Assembly (NCBI GenBank): GCA_032117075.1
Contig: JAUMAA010000004.1
Span: forward strand, 2,629 to 66,628
From: Patescibacteria group bacterium
GTDB taxonomy: Bacteria; Patescibacteriota; WWE3; UBA101185; UBA10185
Direction: 5' to 3'
DNA length: 64,000 bases
Below, one piece after another: positions 28,608 to 38,195 of the stretch (positions are counted from its first letter, which is position 1; every line of letters begins with the position of its first letter). Both the position numbers and the translations under genes were made by a program. Under the pieces are notes generated by a model, which did not search any database, was not told the DNA's origin, and saw only the letters and a list, made by a program, of their open reading frames with translations.

Positions 28608-29762
28608 ATGTACTTTTTGATTTTACTAAATTTTATTCTTTTTACTCTGGGTCAGTTAGTTGCAATTAGTAGATCTGGTGGAGGTTTAAATATTTATCTG
28701 TTTGATATTTTTTTATTTTTTTTAAACTTTATTTTAGTAATCAATATCCTCAAAAGGGGGAAATTTAAAATAAATTTCCCCCTTTTCTCGTTTACTCTAT
28801 TTTTTATTTTCTCTCTAATTTTTACTGGAATTCAAATATATTATTTTGATTTAAAGCAGCAGATTCAAGTTTTTAGTTATGTAATTAGATTTTCTAATTA
28901 CTTTCTCTTCGGCTATCTCTTATATTCCTTATTGAGTAGTAAGTTGTTGAGTATTGATGAGTTAAAAAAAATACTTCAAATAAATTTTTTTGTACTATCA
29001 ATTTTAAATTTACTTCAATTAATATTTTTAAATAATTTATCCTCTTTGGCTGAGTTCGGATGGGATCCCCATCTTGGAAGGTTGACGGGTACTTTTTTGG
29101 ATCCGAATTATATGGCTTATTACCTATGTCTTTACTATTTACTTAATCATTTTTACTTAAAGGATAGATGGATTGAATACTTATCGATATTTTCAATTTT
29201 TTTGACACTTTCCAGAAATGGCATTTTAACTTTTTTTATTGTTTTTGTTTTATGTAATCTGAGGGATGTTAAAAAATTAACTCTGTTGTTGATAATGATA
29301 TTAATATTTATGTTGTTTGATCCGAGGTTAATAGATAGATTTCTTCAATTTCAGGATAGGGAAGACTCTTCTTATGTTAGATTAATTTCTTGGAATGAGG
29401 CTTTGAAGATAGGTTATATGACTAACTTTTCTGGAATTGGATTTAACAATTACAAAAATAATTTAGAAATATATAATATCGTTTCTCAGGATTCATTGAC
29501 TAAGAATTCAGTAGCATCCTCTGACTCTTCATTTCTGCATGTATTTGTAACTCTTGGGTTATTGGGATTTTTATTATTGCTGGTCAATCTTATTTCATTT
29601 GTCTTTGGAAAAAACAGTCTTATTTTTCCTAACCTTGTAGTATTAATTTCACTAATTTTTAATTCTCAATTTATCAACAGTCTTTTTTTTCCTCAAATTA
29701 GTCTTTTACTCTTTTTAATTCTATTTATGGGAATTTTCATTAGCGAACAGTTGTTAAATTAG
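28608..29762 (+). CDS. O-antigen ligase/polymerase-like (Wzy_C-type) membrane protein
   Basis: 384-aa polytopic ORF. An SRNG-containing loop (FLTLSRNGILTFFIV) recalls the Wzy_C/O-antigen ligase family. It starts 2 nt after the flippase. Confidence 0.4.
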   Translation: MYFLILLNFILFTLGQLVAISRSGGGLNIYLFDIFLFFLNFILVINILKRGKFKINFPLFSFTLFFIFSLIFTGIQIYYFDLKQQIQVFSYVIRFSNYFLFGYLLYSLLSSKLLSIDELKKILQINFFVLSILNLLQLIFLNNLSSLAEFGWDPHLGRLTGTFLDPNYMAYYLCLYYLLNHFYLKDRWIEYLSIFSIFLTLSRNGILTFFIVFVLCNLRDVKKLTLLLIMILIFMLFDPRLIDRFLQFQDREDSSYVRLISWNEALKIGYMTNFSGIGFNNYKNNLEIYNIVSQDSLTKNSVASSDSSFLHVFVTLGLLGFLLLLVNLISFVFGKNSLIFPNLVVLISLIFNSQFINSLFFPQISLLLFLILFMGIFISEQLLN

Positions 29763-30439
29763 CCTTTTTTATAAGTTACATTGTAGGTAACTTTTTCTTC
29801 ATTTCCAGCTTTATCTTTTAGAGTAATCTCAATTTTGACATTTCCTTCTTCAACCCCTAAGAGATATTCAAACTTATTTTCATTGATTATAAAAACTTTT
29901 TTACCGTTGACTAGTATGTCACAAGGCTCATTTGTTTCACCAATAATTCTAATATTTTTATTTAGATTAGTAATTTCTTCGCTTTGCTTAATGTTTATAT
30001 TTTTAATTTCTGGCTTAGTATTATCATATTCAATTTCGTAAACTCTAGACATCTCAGAACTAACTCCTTTTGAATCTGTCGCTTTAAATGTAAGCTTATT
30101 ATTACCTTTTAATATCTCGATATTTTCGAATTTAAATCTACCATTTTGTTCAGCAGTTGTTTTTGAAACAGAGTTATCATTTAAAAAAACCTCTACTTCA
30201 ACATTACCTGAAGAGGATCCTTCAATTTTAATTTTGTCCTGATTAGTCTTATTTTGAAAATTTAAAATAGTAGGTGTAAGTACTACATTTGCTACAGGTT
30301 TATCTGTATTAATCTGAAATAATCTGGAAGTTAGAAAAGCTACAAAAGGGGCCAAATAAAAAAGTGATAAGTAAAAAATAATGCTTACCGCAATAAATTT
30401 AATAAAACTTTTAATAAATTTTTCTTTACTCGAATTCAT
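29759..30439 (-). CDS. Membrane-anchored protein with beta-rich (Ig-like) ectodomain
   Basis: 226-aa ORF with an N-terminal TM (FIAVSIIFYLSLFYLAPFVAFL), then alternating-polarity beta-strand-like repeats (KIEGSSSGNVEVEVFLN ... KVTYNVTY). Divergent from the giant ORF with a 20-nt spacer. Confidence 0.4.
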   Translation of the reverse strand: MNSSKEKFIKSFIKFIAVSIIFYLSLFYLAPFVAFLTSRLFQINTDKPVANVVLTPTILNFQNKTNQDKIKIEGSSSGNVEVEVFLNDNSVSKTTAEQNGRFKFENIEILKGNNKLTFKATDSKGVSSEMSRVYEIEYDNTKPEIKNINIKQSEEITNLNKNIRIIGETNEPCDILVNGKKVFIINENKFEYLLGVEEGNVKIEITLKDKAGNEEKVTYNVTYKKG

Positions 30440-30459
30440 ATATTTATTATACTAAATTA

Positions 30460-33400
30460 ATGAGTGAAGGATTAGATACCAAAAAATATTCAGCTGTATC
30501 CTCAAATGAGGAGCAAAATTCTTTACCTGAAATTCGCAGTCTTGGTGATGTTCAATCCAGAATTCAGTCAAGAATAGAACAGTTAAGTCAAACTATCAGT
30601 TCTATAGTAACCTCTTATGAAGAAAAAGAAGAAAGATTATCTTCCAAAGAAAGGGTTTCAGAAAAGTCGAGAGATTTGACTAAAGAGGAGGAGGAGAATG
30701 CTAGGTTAGTCGAAGAGAAACTTAAAGAATATATAGCAGGACATAATCCTTTTATGCAAAGAGTTTTATCTTTATTTAAGGCCAAAAGTTTAAATGAATT
30801 GCAACAAAAAACAAACTCTTCTTCTGAGAGAGCCCAAGTAGCCAATCAAGAATACATAAAATCTTCTGAAGAGATTAGATCAGAAATAGCCTTAGATAAA
30901 AAAGAGTTAGAGGAAGAAACCAAAAGGATATTACTTTCACAAATTGAAGGCATGTATGAGGACTATCAAGTATTGTATGAGCAGGTACTAAGTATACTTT
31001 CTCCAGAAGATTTTCAGAAAATTAGAGAAATTATTCATTCACTAAACCCTTCCGAATCAGTTAGTGATATTGATATTGTTTTTAACATAAAGGTACTTCT
31101 TTCCGCACTTGCTTATCCAAATCAACAGAGGCTTATTTCTGCTGCTTCAATTGATGTTTTACCTGCCGAACTTATCGCGGAGTTTCCAAAATTACATTAT
31201 AGTAAACATCAGTTTGACCAACAATACAAACAAAATACAGTAGGCGGGGTTTGGATGTATGATGATCCTAAAGTTGCTGTTACTAAAGATGAAATGATTG
31301 TTACTTTGAATTACTTAATATCAAATCCTAAGATTAGCTCAATTCTAGGTCAAGGAAAACTCTTGGAAGGTTTAAATCAAGAAATTTACGAATTACTTTT
31401 AACACAGGGGCTATTGAAAACAGAAGATAATTCTTCTAAAGGTTTAGCTATGTTTCCTACACCTGAAAGTTTACGTATTGCCTTAATTCACTCTTCGACA
31501 AATCAAAGATATGGGGAGGAGTCTGATAGGTTCAAATCATCTTTACAAATAATTAATCGTTTCAAAGTGAATCCTGGGTGGCAAGAATTACTTGAAGAAA
31601 CAATGACTAAGTACCCAGAATTAGAAGGTTTTAGAGTTCCGTTGCAAAATTTAACTCCGGAGAGTAGAAATCTTGGTATTGAGAATTTTAGCGAGGAATA
31701 TATTAATTCAATTTTAGAGCTTTATAGGACTCATAAAGATAATTCAGGAGTTGAAGAATGTAGAGTCTTGCTTGATGCGATTCCTGCCGAGTATTTTTTG
31801 AATGACTTACAAAGGGATAGCAGAATAGATAGTGAAACTTCAATTCAACTACGAGAAGTGCTTGCAAGATGTAGAATTGAAATAGAAATTCCTCACAATT
31901 TAAATATGAAAACATATAAAATGATTAGGGATTTCATAACTAATCAATTATATTCTTCTTTTGATAACCCTGATTTTGTAGTAAATTCTCAAATTTTAAG
32001 TAGATTAGGTTATTTAACCGAATTTATAGATAAAAGAAAAAATGATAGATTAAACACCGAAGAACTTACTTCTAAATTTTTAAGCTTCCCAGAAAATAAT
32101 GATTTCATATTTGATGGAATGAAATCTCTTGACTGGTTATCTAATACCGATTTTACAAATCCAGAAAGTAAGATTAATGAACAGAATTGGACTAAGTATT
32201 TAATGGTCTACTTAGTATCTGCAAATCAACAAAATAGATTTATACCACACATTTCTATTGAAGAAGGAAAAAAGATAGAGGAGTTTTTTAGTTCTAATGA
32301 AGTTCCAAATTTTTGTTTAAAACAAATGCTTTCTCAATGGCGAGAATTTATTACTTCTGATAATAATAATTTACCAAAAGGGGTAGGTATATTTTCAATT
32401 GGTTTAAGAGAGGGTTTGAATTTAGGAAATTTTACTTTAATTAAAACAGTAGGTGAGGTATCCGCTTCAGTTTATGAAATGAGGAAAAGGGAAGATTTAA
32501 CCTCAGAACAAAAGAAGAATATACTTAGTATCTTTCAAATCGTAGAGAGCGGGTTACTTAATTCTTCAAAGATTTCTAATGAAACGAGAGTAAGTTTCTA
32601 TAACATTTCTTCAAAATTAATAAATTCTGATCCTGTATTATTTGAGTCACTTTTACCATTATTTTCTATGTTCAGGGATGATCCTAAAAAATTAAGTGAA
32701 TTTATTCAAGAAATATTTCCAAAAGTTAATTTTATAAAGATTTTAGGTAAAGATAGAGCACAGGAATCTGTTAATAATATTATTGACTTGTCCCCAGGAT
32801 TAGAAGAATTAAGGATAAATTTTTCAAATGAAATAATGAAACTTTTTAGATCTTCTTTAGGCATAACAAAATTACCGGAGAATTTCGAAGAAGAAGAAAA
32901 CAGATCTTTTAATAATATGCAGCTTTATCTTAGTTATTTGAACGGTAGAGATAGTGAAAAAGAAACAATAATTTCATTTTATATCTCTCAAATGCTGAAT
33001 AAAAATTGGCAAGAATTTAGACAGGGTAGTGAAATTAATGTTTCCGAATATATGGATAGTACTAGACTGCCAAAAATTACCGAGTTATTAAAAGAGAAAA
33101 AGGAATTAATTAGTCAATTTTTTAAGGACTCAGGTTTAGTAGAATCAGAGATTGCTGAATTGATAGTTTTACTTCAAGATGAGGTTGAGTCTGTTACTAC
33201 TTCTAAAGCAAGGACCATCGATTTGATAGTTGGGGATTTAGTAGAAAGCATGAGTACCCTTCAAGATTTAGATTTATTTTCTGAAATAGTAGATAAGCAA
33301 AGAATTATGCTTCTAAGAAAATATGACCCTAAAATTGTAGGATCCTGTGTAAGTAATTTGTATAGAAAATTTGCTGAAATTGATCTTGAAGGAGAATTAT

Positions 33401-34479
33401 CGAACCCTTCAGGAAATGTATTTAATCCAGAAGAAAGATTAATAATTTCAGAAATAGTCTCTATTTTAAAAATAGCGGGAGTTGAAGTTAGTAAAGAAAA
33501 TATCAAAGCTTACTTTCAGGACGGATTAAAATTATTTTCTAATATAGTTTCTTTAGAAAATTTTACTGAGTCATTAAAAATACCAGAAATGGTAACTAAT
33601 TTAAGAGAAAGTTTGAATCCTGATTCGGATGTTGTTTCTATTTTTCTAAGATTAGGTGAAGTATTTACACCAACTTCAGGGGCTTTTGCTTTTTCTTCTG
33701 ATATAGAATACCTAAAACAGCTTATTTCCAGACATAAAAATAAATTTTCTAAGGAGGAAGAGCAAAAAGTTAGACATTATTTGGACAATGTTAGGGAAAA
33801 AATAAGAGCTTTAGATGATGTTTACCAAAAATTATCAGAGAGAGTTAGAAAAATTTCAGAATCACCTAATTATAAAGAAAATCCACAACTACAAAGAAAA
33901 GTTGAGGAATTATTAAGAATTATTGAAACTAAGTCGGTTCCAAGACAGGTTGTCAGTATAATAACGAATGACTTTAATATTATAGTTGAAAATATTAGAG
34001 AGTGTTTATCATGTACCACTGCTGGAGAAAACAATGATACTAATTTAACTTTCGGTGACTTTAATAAATTTTTTGTAAATACATCTGAGGGTGGAAAAGG
34101 TCTTACAGACCAAATTATTTATTTTTTACCAATTACCCGGGAGGATGGTACTCCAGAATTGGCTTTTGTTGTTGATAAGTTATATGGAGACCAAGATCAA
34201 TCAATTATGTTAAATCACCTAGAAGCAGTTATGAAAAAATATAGACAAATTAAGATTAGATATCCAAATTTAAAACTATCGGTAGTTCTCCCGTCTTCAA
34301 TAAGAAATCACGCAGAAGCTGCCGTAGCATTAGGTTCTAAAGGTTATTCCATTAGTGTTGAGCATTTAAAAGTAGAACTTGTAAGATCTGTATTCGGAAT
34401 GCACTATCCAGAATTTGGACCTCAGGGAAGAGTAACAAATGGGGAGTTCAAAGTTACAGCACATGTAATTAAAGAATAA
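30460..34479 (+). CDS. Giant orphan protein (1339 aa), predicted soluble and largely alpha-helical, N-terminal coiled coil. No recognisable domain.
   Basis: Uninterrupted 4-kb ORF with host-like AT-rich codon usage. No TM, no nucleotide-binding or catalytic motif seen on inspection. Acidic coiled-coil N-terminus. Confidence 0.6.
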   Translation: MSEGLDTKKYSAVSSNEEQNSLPEIRSLGDVQSRIQSRIEQLSQTISSIVTSYEEKEERLSSKERVSEKSRDLTKEEEENARLVEEKLKEYIAGHNPFMQRVLSLFKAKSLNELQQKTNSSSERAQVANQEYIKSSEEIRSEIALDKKELEEETKRILLSQIEGMYEDYQVLYEQVLSILSPEDFQKIREIIHSLNPSESVSDIDIVFNIKVLLSALAYPNQQRLISAASIDVLPAELIAEFPKLHYSKHQFDQQYKQNTVGGVWMYDDPKVAVTKDEMIVTLNYLISNPKISSILGQGKLLEGLNQEIYELLLTQGLLKTEDNSSKGLAMFPTPESLRIALIHSSTNQRYGEESDRFKSSLQIINRFKVNPGWQELLEETMTKYPELEGFRVPLQNLTPESRNLGIENFSEEYINSILELYRTHKDNSGVEECRVLLDAIPAEYFLNDLQRDSRIDSETSIQLREVLARCRIEIEIPHNLNMKTYKMIRDFITNQLYSSFDNPDFVVNSQILSRLGYLTEFIDKRKNDRLNTEELTSKFLSFPENNDFIFDGMKSLDWLSNTDFTNPESKINEQNWTKYLMVYLVSANQQNRFIPHISIEEGKKIEEFFSSNEVPNFCLKQMLSQWREFITSDNNNLPKGVGIFSIGLREGLNLGNFTLIKTVGEVSASVYEMRKREDLTSEQKKNILSIFQIVESGLLNSSKISNETRVSFYNISSKLINSDPVLFESLLPLFSMFRDDPKKLSEFIQEIFPKVNFIKILGKDRAQESVNNIIDLSPGLEELRINFSNEIMKLFRSSLGITKLPENFEEEENRSFNNMQLYLSYLNGRDSEKETIISFYISQMLNKNWQEFRQGSEINVSEYMDSTRLPKITELLKEKKELISQFFKDSGLVESEIAELIVLLQDEVESVTTSKARTIDLIVGDLVESMSTLQDLDLFSEIVDKQRIMLLRKYDPKIVGSCVSNLYRKFAEIDLEGELSNPSGNVFNPEERLIISEIVSILKIAGVEVSKENIKAYFQDGLKLFSNIVSLENFTESLKIPEMVTNLRESLNPDSDVVSIFLRLGEVFTPTSGAFAFSSDIEYLKQLISRHKNKFSKEEEQKVRHYLDNVREKIRALDDVYQKLSERVRKISESPNYKENPQLQRKVEELLRIIETKSVPRQVVSIITNDFNIIVENIRECLSCTTAGENNDTNLTFGDFNKFFVNTSEGGKGLTDQIIYFLPITREDGTPELAFVVDKLYGDQDQSIMLNHLEAVMKKYRQIKIRYPNLKLSVVLPSSIRNHAEAAVALGSKGYSISVEHLKVELVRSVFGMHYPEFGPQGRVTNGEFKVTAHVIKE

Positions 34480-34568
34480 TAAAATTAATTTTAGTATGAA
34501 TAAATATAATGAATTTGCGATTTGGAAATTTTCAGTACTTTTGTTTCGACTATCTAAGTAACTTGGAA

Positions 34569-34922
34569 CTATAAAATTAGAGATGTCCCTTCAAATATAA
34601 GACCTTCTCGACCATCTTTAAATTTAAAGGTTTTACCTGGATTTTTTTTAATTATTTCAACATATTTGAAACCGGAACCATACTCTTTTTCAGCAATATC
34701 CCACAGTGTGTCCCCTTTTTTTACTTCATAAGTTTTAGATTTTAAGCTATTAGAATGGTAATCAGCTGCATCCTCTCTGTAAGTACTAATGGACGAGATA
34801 TTGTTTTCTATTTCTTTTTGTTTTTTATTTTCTGATATGAAATCAGCCCTGTTTTTTAGAGCAAATGATAAAACTATGAATGATATAAATATTAGAACAA
34901 GTAAAATTTTATTTGTGTTCAT
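34569..34922 (-). CDS. Small secreted/membrane-anchored LysM-domain protein
   Basis: 117-aa ORF with an N-terminal hydrophobic leader and a C-terminal LysM (YEVKKGDTLWDIAEKEYGSGFKYVEIIKKN). It abuts the 3' end of tRNA-Asp. Confidence 0.6.
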   Translation of the reverse strand: MNTNKILLVLIFISFIVLSFALKNRADFISENKKQKEIENNISSISTYREDAADYHSNSLKSKTYEVKKGDTLWDIAEKEYGSGFKYVEIIKKNPGKTFKFKDGREGLIFEGTSLIL

Positions 34923-34927
34923 TTTAA

Positions 34928-35004
34928 TGGCGGAACCGGCGGGACTCGAACCCGTGACCTCTTCCGTGACAGGGAAGCGCTCTAACCAACTGAGCTACGG
35001 CTCC
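34928..35004 (-). tRNA. tRNA-Asp (anticodon GUC), CCA encoded
   Basis: Reverse complement reads GGAGCCGTAGCTCAGTTGGTTAGAGCGCTTCCCTGTCACGGAAGAGGTCACGGGTTCGAGTCCCGCCGGTTCCGCCA. Cloverleaf with anticodon loop CUGUCAC. Confidence 0.9.
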
Positions 35005-35086
35005 ATCTTTTACCAAAGTATTTTATCAACAAAAGTATGCTTTTTCAATGAAAAGAATCAAAGAATTAGTAAGATTAAAAAATGAA

Positions 35087-35117
35087 ATGGCGGGGTGTAA
35101 CAATACACCCCGTCCAT
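35087..35117 (-). terminator. Strong hairpin (14-bp perfect stem), likely rho-independent terminator for the minus-strand small membrane genes
   Basis: ATGGCGGGGTGTA-ACAA-TACACCCCGTCCAT. On the minus strand it is followed by a T-rich run (TTTCATTTTTAATCTT). It lies just upstream of tRNA-Asp. Confidence 0.5.
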
Positions 35118-35144
35118 CAAATCCAGAAATCCTCTCATTTCTCC

Positions 35145-35417
35145 CTAAACTTTTGCCCAGATACCTTTGACTATCAAATAGTTGATGGAAAGAAGTATCA
35201 CCCACATAGCATACACTTTTATTCCGTAATCAAAACTAGGAAACAGTAGGATCCAAATCCCACAGCAGTTGATACCAAAACTTAAACCCGGCAAGTCTAG
35301 ATTTTTTAAAACTCCAATAGTATAGATAGCAGCTAAAATGATAGCTACTAACTCTCTGTTCGGACTTTCAAAAGCAAGAACCCCTACTAGTACCCAGTAA
35401 AAATACCTCGTATCCAT
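35145..35417 (-). CDS. Hypothetical small membrane protein
   Basis: 90-aa ORF with 3 hydrophobic helices. No motif. Confidence 0.35.
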   Translation of the reverse strand: MDTRYFYWVLVGVLAFESPNRELVAIILAAIYTIGVLKNLDLPGLSFGINCCGIWILLFPSFDYGIKVYAMWVILLSINYLIVKGIWAKV

Positions 35418-35426
35418 AGTATCCTC

Positions 35427-35738
35427 CTAATCAATAGATTTTTGAATATAAAATTCATAAACCAGAAAGAAGCTGAGAATAGCAAATATGTATCCTACCG
35501 CTCCAATCTTGACGTCAACTCCTGAGTATTCAGCAATCATAAAGAAACTAGAAATTCCAATTCCTGAAATTGCACCAGTATACAGGGCTGAAAAAGTATC
35601 CCAATTCCATCCAAATTCCTTGCCCCTTTTCTTAACTAAGTTCTTGCCGAACTGAAGATGAAGTAGGGGAATTAACCATGTAGTAATAAAAAATACATAA
35701 GTCATACCTAATCTCCTTCTAACTACTATCAATCTCAA
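35427..35738 (-). CDS. Hypothetical small membrane protein
   Basis: 103-aa ORF with 3 hydrophobic helices. Tandem with the previous ORF. Confidence 0.35.
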   Translation of the reverse strand: MRLIVVRRRLGMTYVFFITTWLIPLLHLQFGKNLVKKRGKEFGWNWDTFSALYTGAISGIGISSFFMIAEYSGVDVKIGAVGYIFAILSFFLVYEFYIQKSID

Positions 35739-35839
35739 GCAAGATTATAACTTATAGAAAGTAATTTTTTATTTATTTGTTTTAAAGAAATTATAGGTTA
35801 TAAATGCACTTTTTTATGAAATTATGCTAGATTTAAAAT

Positions 35840-37582
35840 ATGAAAATTCATAAATTCTCTAACAAAGAAATTCTCCAAATTTTAAAAGAAGTAGTTGCGG
35901 CTATGGAAGTAAAAGGCGATTCATTCTTTAAAATTAGAGCTTATCATACTGCTATTCTTTCCATAGAGAACCTTACCCAGTCTGTTTTTGAATTATGGGA
36001 AAACAAAAGATTAGGTGAAATTCCAGGAGTCGGTCAGGCTTTAATTGATCATTTGAGTGATTTGTTTACAACAGGAGAAGTAAAAGAATTTCAAAAGAAG
36101 AAAGAAGGTCTTCCTGAAGGCATGTTTGAGTTAATTGGACTTAGAAAAGTAGGTGCCAAAACAGCTTATAAATTGGCATCTAATTTTGATTTAAATAAAA
36201 GAGAGACTGCGCTTGATGAAGTTAAAAAATTAGCAGAAGCTCATAAAATACAGGAACTCCCAGGATTTGGAGCCAAATCAGAGGCAGACATTTTAGATGC
36301 AATTGAAAATCTCAAAATGAATAAATCTGAAAAAAAGAGAACACTTTTAGCAAATGCTGAAAAAGTAGTTGAAAGAATAAAAGATTATATGTTGAAAAAT
36401 AGAGAAATAGAATACTGCGAAGCCATGGGTTCCTTTAGAAGAAGAGCTCCAACCATAGGTGATTTAGATTTTGCTATTGCTTCAGAAAATGTAGATGGGG
36501 CCATAGATTATTTTTTAAAGTTTCCCGAAATAAGAGAGGTTTTAGGTCAGGGAGAAAAAAAAGCTTCGGTTGTTTTAAATAACGATTTACAGGTCGATGT
36601 TAGAGTAATTCAAAAAAAGGAATTAGGCTCTATGCTTCAGTATTTTACTGGTAATATGCAGCATAATGTTTTACTTAGACAGTATGCTCTTCAGAATGGA
36701 ATGTCTCTTTCTGAGTACGGAATAAAATATAAAGAAAATTTAGAAGAATTTGCACATGAAGAAGATTTTTACAAAAGATTAGGGCTTCAATATATCGTTC
36801 CTGAGTTAAGGCATGGAAGAAATGAAATAGAGCTTGCAAAAAAAGGAGAACTGCCAAAATTGGTAAAGTTAGAAGATGTAAAAGGTGACTTGCACACTCA
36901 TACAACTTTTTCTGATGGTGAAAATTCATTAGAGGAGATGGTAAAAAGGGCCAGAGAAAAAGGTTACGAATATATCGGAATTTCGGATCATGCCCCAAGT
37001 GTGCAGTCCAGGGGAGAGAAAGAAGTTAGGCATTTACTAGAAAAAAGAAGAGAAGAGATTGAAAACATGAATAAGCACTATAAAGATATCAAAATTCTTT
37101 TTGGGATGGAGGTTAACATCCTTGCTGATATGACTTTGGGGTTACCAGATGAAATACTTGAGCTGCTTGATTATTCTATTGCTTCAATTCACACTTCTTT
37201 TGAGATGGACCGAGATAGAATGACTGAGAGAGTACTGACAGCACTGTCCAATCCCTACATTTCAATTTGGGGCCACCCATCTGGAAGACTTATCAATGAA
37301 AGAGATGGAATCGAGGTTAATTGGACTAAAATTTTCGAATTAGCAGCTAAAAATAAAAAAATTATTGAAATTAATTCACAACCTCAGAGGTTAGATCTCG
37401 CTGACGATCTGGTATATGAGGCGATTAAGGCAGGAGTAAACTTAATTATTAATACAGACTCGCACAATCTAAATTCATTAGACTATATGAAGTATGGAAT
37501 TGATATTGCCAGAAGAGGTTTTTGCGAGAAACATCATATTATAAATACCCTTCACCTTGAAAAATTAATCGAAAAAATATAG
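35840..37582 (+). CDS. polX: Family X DNA polymerase with C-terminal PHP domain (PolX)
   Basis: 580-aa ORF with N-terminal HhH motifs, Pol-beta-like nucleotidyltransferase motif GSFRRRAPTIGDLDF, and a PHP domain (GDLHTHTTFSDGE ... GISDHAP). Confidence 0.85.
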   Translation: MKIHKFSNKEILQILKEVVAAMEVKGDSFFKIRAYHTAILSIENLTQSVFELWENKRLGEIPGVGQALIDHLSDLFTTGEVKEFQKKKEGLPEGMFELIGLRKVGAKTAYKLASNFDLNKRETALDEVKKLAEAHKIQELPGFGAKSEADILDAIENLKMNKSEKKRTLLANAEKVVERIKDYMLKNREIEYCEAMGSFRRRAPTIGDLDFAIASENVDGAIDYFLKFPEIREVLGQGEKKASVVLNNDLQVDVRVIQKKELGSMLQYFTGNMQHNVLLRQYALQNGMSLSEYGIKYKENLEEFAHEEDFYKRLGLQYIVPELRHGRNEIELAKKGELPKLVKLEDVKGDLHTHTTFSDGENSLEEMVKRAREKGYEYIGISDHAPSVQSRGEKEVRHLLEKRREEIENMNKHYKDIKILFGMEVNILADMTLGLPDEILELLDYSIASIHTSFEMDRDRMTERVLTALSNPYISIWGHPSGRLINERDGIEVNWTKIFELAAKNKKIIEINSQPQRLDLADDLVYEAIKAGVNLIINTDSHNLNSLDYMKYGIDIARRGFCEKHHIINTLHLEKLIEKI

Positions 37583-37616
37583 AATAAGACAAGTAAATGT
37601 TTCAAAAAGGAGTTAT

Positions 37617-38168
37617 ATGGATATATTAACCATTGTTCTGATTGTGCTCGGTGTTGTTGCTCTTTTAGTAATTGGTATTTACAACTCTTTAGCTTCCTCT
37701 AAAGTTGCTATTTCTGAAGCTCACTCTGGAATCGAAGTTCAGATGAAGAGAAGAGCGGATCTAGTTCCAAATTTAATCGAAACTGTTAAGGGTTACACTA
37801 AACATGAAAGTGAAGTTTTTACAAAAGTTGCTGATGCGAGACAAAAAATGCTATCAGCTAATGGAGTTAAAGAAGAAGCTGCTGCAAATAATATGCTAGC
37901 AGAATCTTTGAAATCCGTTTTTGCAATTGCTGAAAGTTACCCTGACCTTAAAGCTTCTACTAATTTCAGTTCTCTTCAATCAGAACTATCTGATATTGAG
38001 GCTAAGATTTCTTATGCAAGACAGTTTTATAACAATAATGTGAAGGCTTTAAATTCTAAAATTGTTACATTTCCAACCAATATTTTGGCAGGGATGTTTG
38101 GATTTAAAGAAGAACAATTTTTTGATGCCGAAGAAGGTGTTGAAAAACCAGTGCAAGTTAAATTTTAA
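37617..38168 (+). CDS. lemA: LemA family protein
   Basis: 183-aa ORF with an N-terminal TM and the LemA-typical conserved region (EVQMKRRADLVPNLIETVKGY ... ESYPDLKAS ... ARQFYN). Confidence 0.85.
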   Translation: MDILTIVLIVLGVVALLVIGIYNSLASSKVAISEAHSGIEVQMKRRADLVPNLIETVKGYTKHESEVFTKVADARQKMLSANGVKEEAAANNMLAESLKSVFAIAESYPDLKASTNFSSLQSELSDIEAKISYARQFYNNNVKALNSKIVTFPTNILAGMFGFKEEQFFDAEEGVEKPVQVKF

Positions 38169-38195
38169 GTATCTACTTATTAAAGAAGGAGTTCT

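Noticed and set aside
34789-35085. 98-aa plus-strand ORF spanning tRNA-Asp
   Set aside because: It overlaps a confidently folded tRNA and the LysM gene in antisense. This is an artefact of the tRNA's GC content opening a frame.
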